DNA of 17,781 nucleotides from a virus (Duplodnaviria; Heunggongvirae; Uroviricota; Caudoviricetes): IMG/VR virus record IMGVR_UViG_2681813004_000011; one strand, 5' to 3'. Shown piece by piece: positions 15,359 to 17,781 of this stretch (position 1 is its first letter; each line of letters starts with the position of its first letter). The notes under the pieces were generated by a model. It saw only the letters and a program-made list of their open reading frames with translations, ran no database searches and was not told where the DNA came from. The position numbers and the translations under genes were made by a program.

Positions 15359-15826
15359 TTATTTCAGGCACTGAGTGCGGATATAGTCCTGTGCCCCTTC
15401 CAGTTGCTTGTGCATCGTCATCAGCCGCTCTCTGAGGGTGAAATAATCCCGTTCAGCGGTGTCTGCCAGTTGGGGGCCGGTTGCATTATCCACGCCGGAG
15501 GTGGCGGGGGCTTCACGCACGGAGCCTGGACAGGTGGCGTTGATCCGCAGGCGCTTACGACCAGCGGCAACGTCAGCGCGAAGAGTTTCATTTTCAGCTC
15601 TCGCATCGGCTAATTCCCTCGAGTATCTGGCATCAAGTGCAGCAACATCACGCTGGCGCTGCTGCATATCAGTAATGGTTGCATTTGCCTGCTCCAGCTC
15701 ACTGACTTTTTTATCGCGCTGCTCTTTGTAGGTTATGGCGTTATCACGGTAATGATTCAGCCCCAGACTAAGCGCACCACAGGCCACCAGCAGGGCAATG
15801 ATGACCACGCACAGTACGCGGTTCAT
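15359..15826 (-). CDS. Rz: Spanin, inner-membrane subunit (Rz)
   Basis: 155-aa ORF with strong similarity to lambda Rz as recalled (NHYRDNAITYK.QRDK, ITDMQ.RQRDVAALDA.Y..ELADA.AEN, TAERDYFTLRERL.TM.KQLEG). N-terminal transmembrane segment. Confidence 0.9.
   Translation of the reverse strand: MNRVLCVVIIALLVACGALSLGLNHYRDNAITYKEQRDKKVSELEQANATITDMQQRQRDVAALDARYSRELADARAENETLRADVAAGRKRLRINATCPGSVREAPATSGVDNATGPQLADTAERDYFTLRERLMTMHKQLEGAQDYIRTQCLK
15421..15606 (-). CDS. Rz1: Spanin, outer-membrane lipoprotein subunit (Rz1), embedded in Rz in the +1 frame
   Basis: 61-aa ORF entirely inside Rz. Lipoprotein signal (LPLVVSAC) followed by the proline-rich CVKPPPPPAWIMQP...WQTPLNGIISPSE, matching lambda Rz1 as recalled. 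Confidence 0.85.
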   Translation of the reverse strand: MRELKMKLFALTLPLVVSACGSTPPVQAPCVKPPPPPAWIMQPAPNWQTPLNGIISPSESG

Positions 15827-15827
15827 T

Positions 15828-15926
15828 TCACCACCAGCGTATCTGACCGATGAAATAACCGGAGGCCATAATCACAAACACCAGCCAGATAAGAATGAAC
15901 TTCCAGGTGGATAATTTTTCAGCCAT
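15828..15926 (-). CDS. Small hydrophobic peptide (32 aa), translationally coupled to Rz
   Basis: Not in the ORF track (below its size cut-off). ATG at 15926, translation MAEKLSTWKFILIWLVFVIMASGYFIGQIRWW, one predicted transmembrane helix. Its TGA stop is 1 nt from the Rz ATG. Confidence 0.35.
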   Translation of the reverse strand: MAEKLSTWKFILIWLVFVIMASGYFIGQIRWW

Positions 15927-16005
15927 CACTCGAATCTCCCGAATCAGTTTGCTAAAATCAAACACACTTTCTCCTTTGACTTTTCCAGAGTCAGGAAACA
16001 CAAAA

Positions 16006-16043
16006 CCCCGCTTGCAGCCAACAAACGGGGTTTTTACTTTTAT
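16006..16043 (+). terminator. Intrinsic-terminator-like hairpin, strongest on the plus strand, in the R-Rz spacer
   Basis: CCCCGCTTG-cagccaa-CAAACGGGG (8 bp plus one mismatch) followed by TTTTTACTTTTATT on the plus strand. On the minus strand the same stem is followed by a weaker UUUUGUGUUU. Confidence 0.45.
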
Positions 16044-16124
16044 TCACTTAGTTTTTGTCAGTTCGCAGGATTTCGTGTTATCCGTCCGTGTGAGCAAACC
16101 GCATTTTTCAGCAAAATATTCTGC

Positions 16125-16658
16125 TTATCTGTCAATTCCCCAGCACGCCAGCGCACTCTCCTGGTCGCGACGGGATACCTGACCGTAACAGTTGTTTGAG
16201 CGAATACGGCAGTCTCTGCCACCGTCCTTAATCCACCAGCGAATCGCCTCACACGCCCCCCTGCGATCGCCTGCATTAATTCGTTTATAAAACGTCGACG
16301 GGAAACACTTACCTGGGCCAATGTTGTAAGGACAGAATGACGCAATACCCGCTTTCTGGGGTTCAGTCAGTGGCACTTTGATGTTTTTCGCCACCCATGC
16401 CAGCGCCTTATCACGCTCAATGGCGTTAACCTGGTCGCATTTCCCCTTCGACAGCTTCATGCCAGGAATAACAGGCTTACCATCCACCCGGGTGGCTCCA
16501 CGGCAGATGGTCCAGATACCCGCACCATCACGGTATGCCGTGGTGTGGTTACCTTCTTTTTCGTCAAGAAACTGGTCGAGAATTTCAGGCGCAGACGCAC
16601 CAGCGGCAATCAGCGCCAGAACGGCAGCCGACAGGCCGTATTTGATTTTGGTGTTCAT
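16125..16658 (-). CDS. R: SAR endolysin (T4-lysozyme-like, signal-anchor-release type)
   Basis: 177-aa ORF. The N-terminal Gly/Ala/Ser-rich weakly hydrophobic segment (GLSAAVLALIAAGASAP) is typical of a SAR domain. A catalytic E-8aa-D-5aa-T pattern (E..GNHTTAYRDGAGIWT) and overall resemblance to the phage 21 and P1 SAR lysozymes support the call. Confidence 0.85.
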   Translation of the reverse strand: MNTKIKYGLSAAVLALIAAGASAPEILDQFLDEKEGNHTTAYRDGAGIWTICRGATRVDGKPVIPGMKLSKGKCDQVNAIERDKALAWVAKNIKVPLTEPQKAGIASFCPYNIGPGKCFPSTFYKRINAGDRRGACEAIRWWIKDGGRDCRIRSNNCYGQVSRRDQESALACWGIDR

Positions 16659-16694
16659 GGATATATTAAATATTCAGCCGCTGTCCCTGGCCCA

Positions 16695-17684
16695 CTAAAT
16701 ACGCACTTTAAGATAAGTCAGCCCCGGATGAAGCCAGTAAGCCGGCACTTTTTTAAAGGGTGGAGTATTAAAATCACGAAGAAGAGCCTCCCGCACAATT
16801 GCATCCTTATCAGCACCACTGGCCAGCGCTTCAATCTCAGCGGCTACCTGAAGATATCCCATGCAACGACCAATGCACTTCATCAGCCCCTGCTTTTTAT
16901 TGTTCTTCAGGTAATCAATGGCAAATTCAATGAGCTCCTCACTGTGCTGGTGCGATGGCGGTGTTACTTTTCCATTTTCTGAGATGGTTATTTTCCCAGC
17001 ATCACCGGATACAACAAAGGATGGCCGGTTACACTCCCATTCCAGGTCACTGAAATTATCATTATGAATACTGAAACACTCTGCGAGATTTCTGCTCATC
17101 ACTTTCCGGCAATAATCGTAAAACGCAGCAAACTGCTCATCGCGGCGTTTTTTTTCAGGCTGCTGAAGATGCTCTTTCAACCATGAAGCGCAGCTTAGAT
17201 TCGCCGCGCGATCAGGAATAGCTTCTTTCATTTCGTCTGCTGCAAGCACCTCATTTTTTGTTGGGGTGCTTTTTTTCAATTCAGCGATATAGCACTCCAG
17301 TTTTTCAATACGCGATTCAACATCATCTTTTTCTGACCGCAGTGTTGACGGCGGCATCTTCAGAGAACAAGTAATTCTTCCCGATAGCTTTCCTTTGTAG
17401 GTTATCAATACATCCTGCGCATCTAAAATTACGGGGCGCTTTTCCGGTGACGGTTCATCCCCTTCGCATAACCCGGCAACAATATCCATGAAAAACTGCT
17501 TCGCCTGTTTTTTCGCCTCAGCTTCGTAGAACTCCAGCGTGGCACCTTCAGTACGGTCAAGACTAATCGCCACATGTGGCAACAACAACGACGGATGCCC
17601 GCCAATTTCAAGTGCCACAGTAACAGCAATCTTATCCGGGTAATTATTTATCTCTTTAACAACCAGTTCGTATTTTTTCTTCAT
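16695..17684 (-). CDS. Hypothetical protein (329 aa) inserted between holin and endolysin; function unknown
   Basis: Long ORF with a GGGGAGA SD. Its ATG is 4 nt downstream of the holin stop. The region looks AT-rich relative to the flanking phage genes, by eye. No motif I can assign from sequence alone. Confidence 0.6.
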   Translation of the reverse strand: MKKKYELVVKEINNYPDKIAVTVALEIGGHPSLLLPHVAISLDRTEGATLEFYEAEAKKQAKQFFMDIVAGLCEGDEPSPEKRPVILDAQDVLITYKGKLSGRITCSLKMPPSTLRSEKDDVESRIEKLECYIAELKKSTPTKNEVLAADEMKEAIPDRAANLSCASWLKEHLQQPEKKRRDEQFAAFYDYCRKVMSRNLAECFSIHNDNFSDLEWECNRPSFVVSGDAGKITISENGKVTPPSHQHSEELIEFAIDYLKNNKKQGLMKCIGRCMGYLQVAAEIEALASGADKDAIVREALLRDFNTPPFKKVPAYWLHPGLTYLKVRI

Positions 17685-17688
17685 CGCT

Positions 17689-17781
17689 TTAGTCTCCCCG
17701 CGCCGTCTTACGGCGGTCCTCCCTGATTTTGAAATACAGGTTAGTCAGATACGTCAGCAGGCCAAACAGCAGACTCCCCAG
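17689..17781 (-). CDS. S: Holin, C-terminal fragment (phage 21 S / EssD-type pinholin); gene runs off the window's right edge
   Basis: Reverse complement translates ...[34 protein letters not shown], nearly identical to the C-terminus of the phage 21 S / DLP12 EssD holin as recalled (...[30 protein letters not shown]). Confidence 0.8.
   Translation of the reverse strand: MGSLLFGLLTYLTNLYFKIREDRRKTARGD

Noticed and set aside
15129-15371. 80-aa minus-strand ORF in the Rz-lipoprotein spacer (and plus-strand 15248..15613, 15459..15731)
   Set aside because: They overlap the Rz/Rz1 coding region or its 3' flank, with no SD or motif. The spacer may hold regulatory DNA but I cannot support a coding call.
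16545-16982. 145-aa plus-strand ORF spanning the endolysin/329-aa-ORF junction
   Set aside because: Antisense to two well-supported minus-strand genes; no start context.
1-17781. Integrase, attachment sites, tRNA genes, immunity region
   Set aside because: I saw none. The window covers only lysis, packaging and structural genes, so the prophage ends and integration module must lie outside it.

Overview
The window is the late (lysis, packaging, head, tail) region of a lambdoid/HK97-like siphovirus prophage, with essentially every gene on the minus strand, transcribed from high to low coordinates. All calls rest on reading the supplied translations and the DNA by eye; no database search or computation was run. 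Order along the minus strand: a phage-21-type pinholin C-terminus (17689..17781), an unrecognised 329-aa ORF inserted between holin and endolysin, a SAR endolysin, a small hydrophobic ORF, Rz with embedded Rz1, a lipoprotein carrying a TonB C-terminal domain, a plus-strand RHH-like gene with a broken frame, an HNH endonuclease, terminase small and large subunits, a prohead protease-major capsid fusion, portal, a tandem-repeat protein with a broken frame, four head-tail joining genes, major tail protein, G/GT chaperones with a -1 slippery heptamer, a 1080-aa tape measure, M, and the start of L. The most interesting items are the accessory genes sitting among conserved genes: the TonB-C lipoprotein with a palindrome in its putative promoter, the 329-aa ORF translationally coupled to the holin, the small membrane ORF plus terminator between R and Rz, and the repeat protein after the portal. 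None of these could be confirmed by homology search here.
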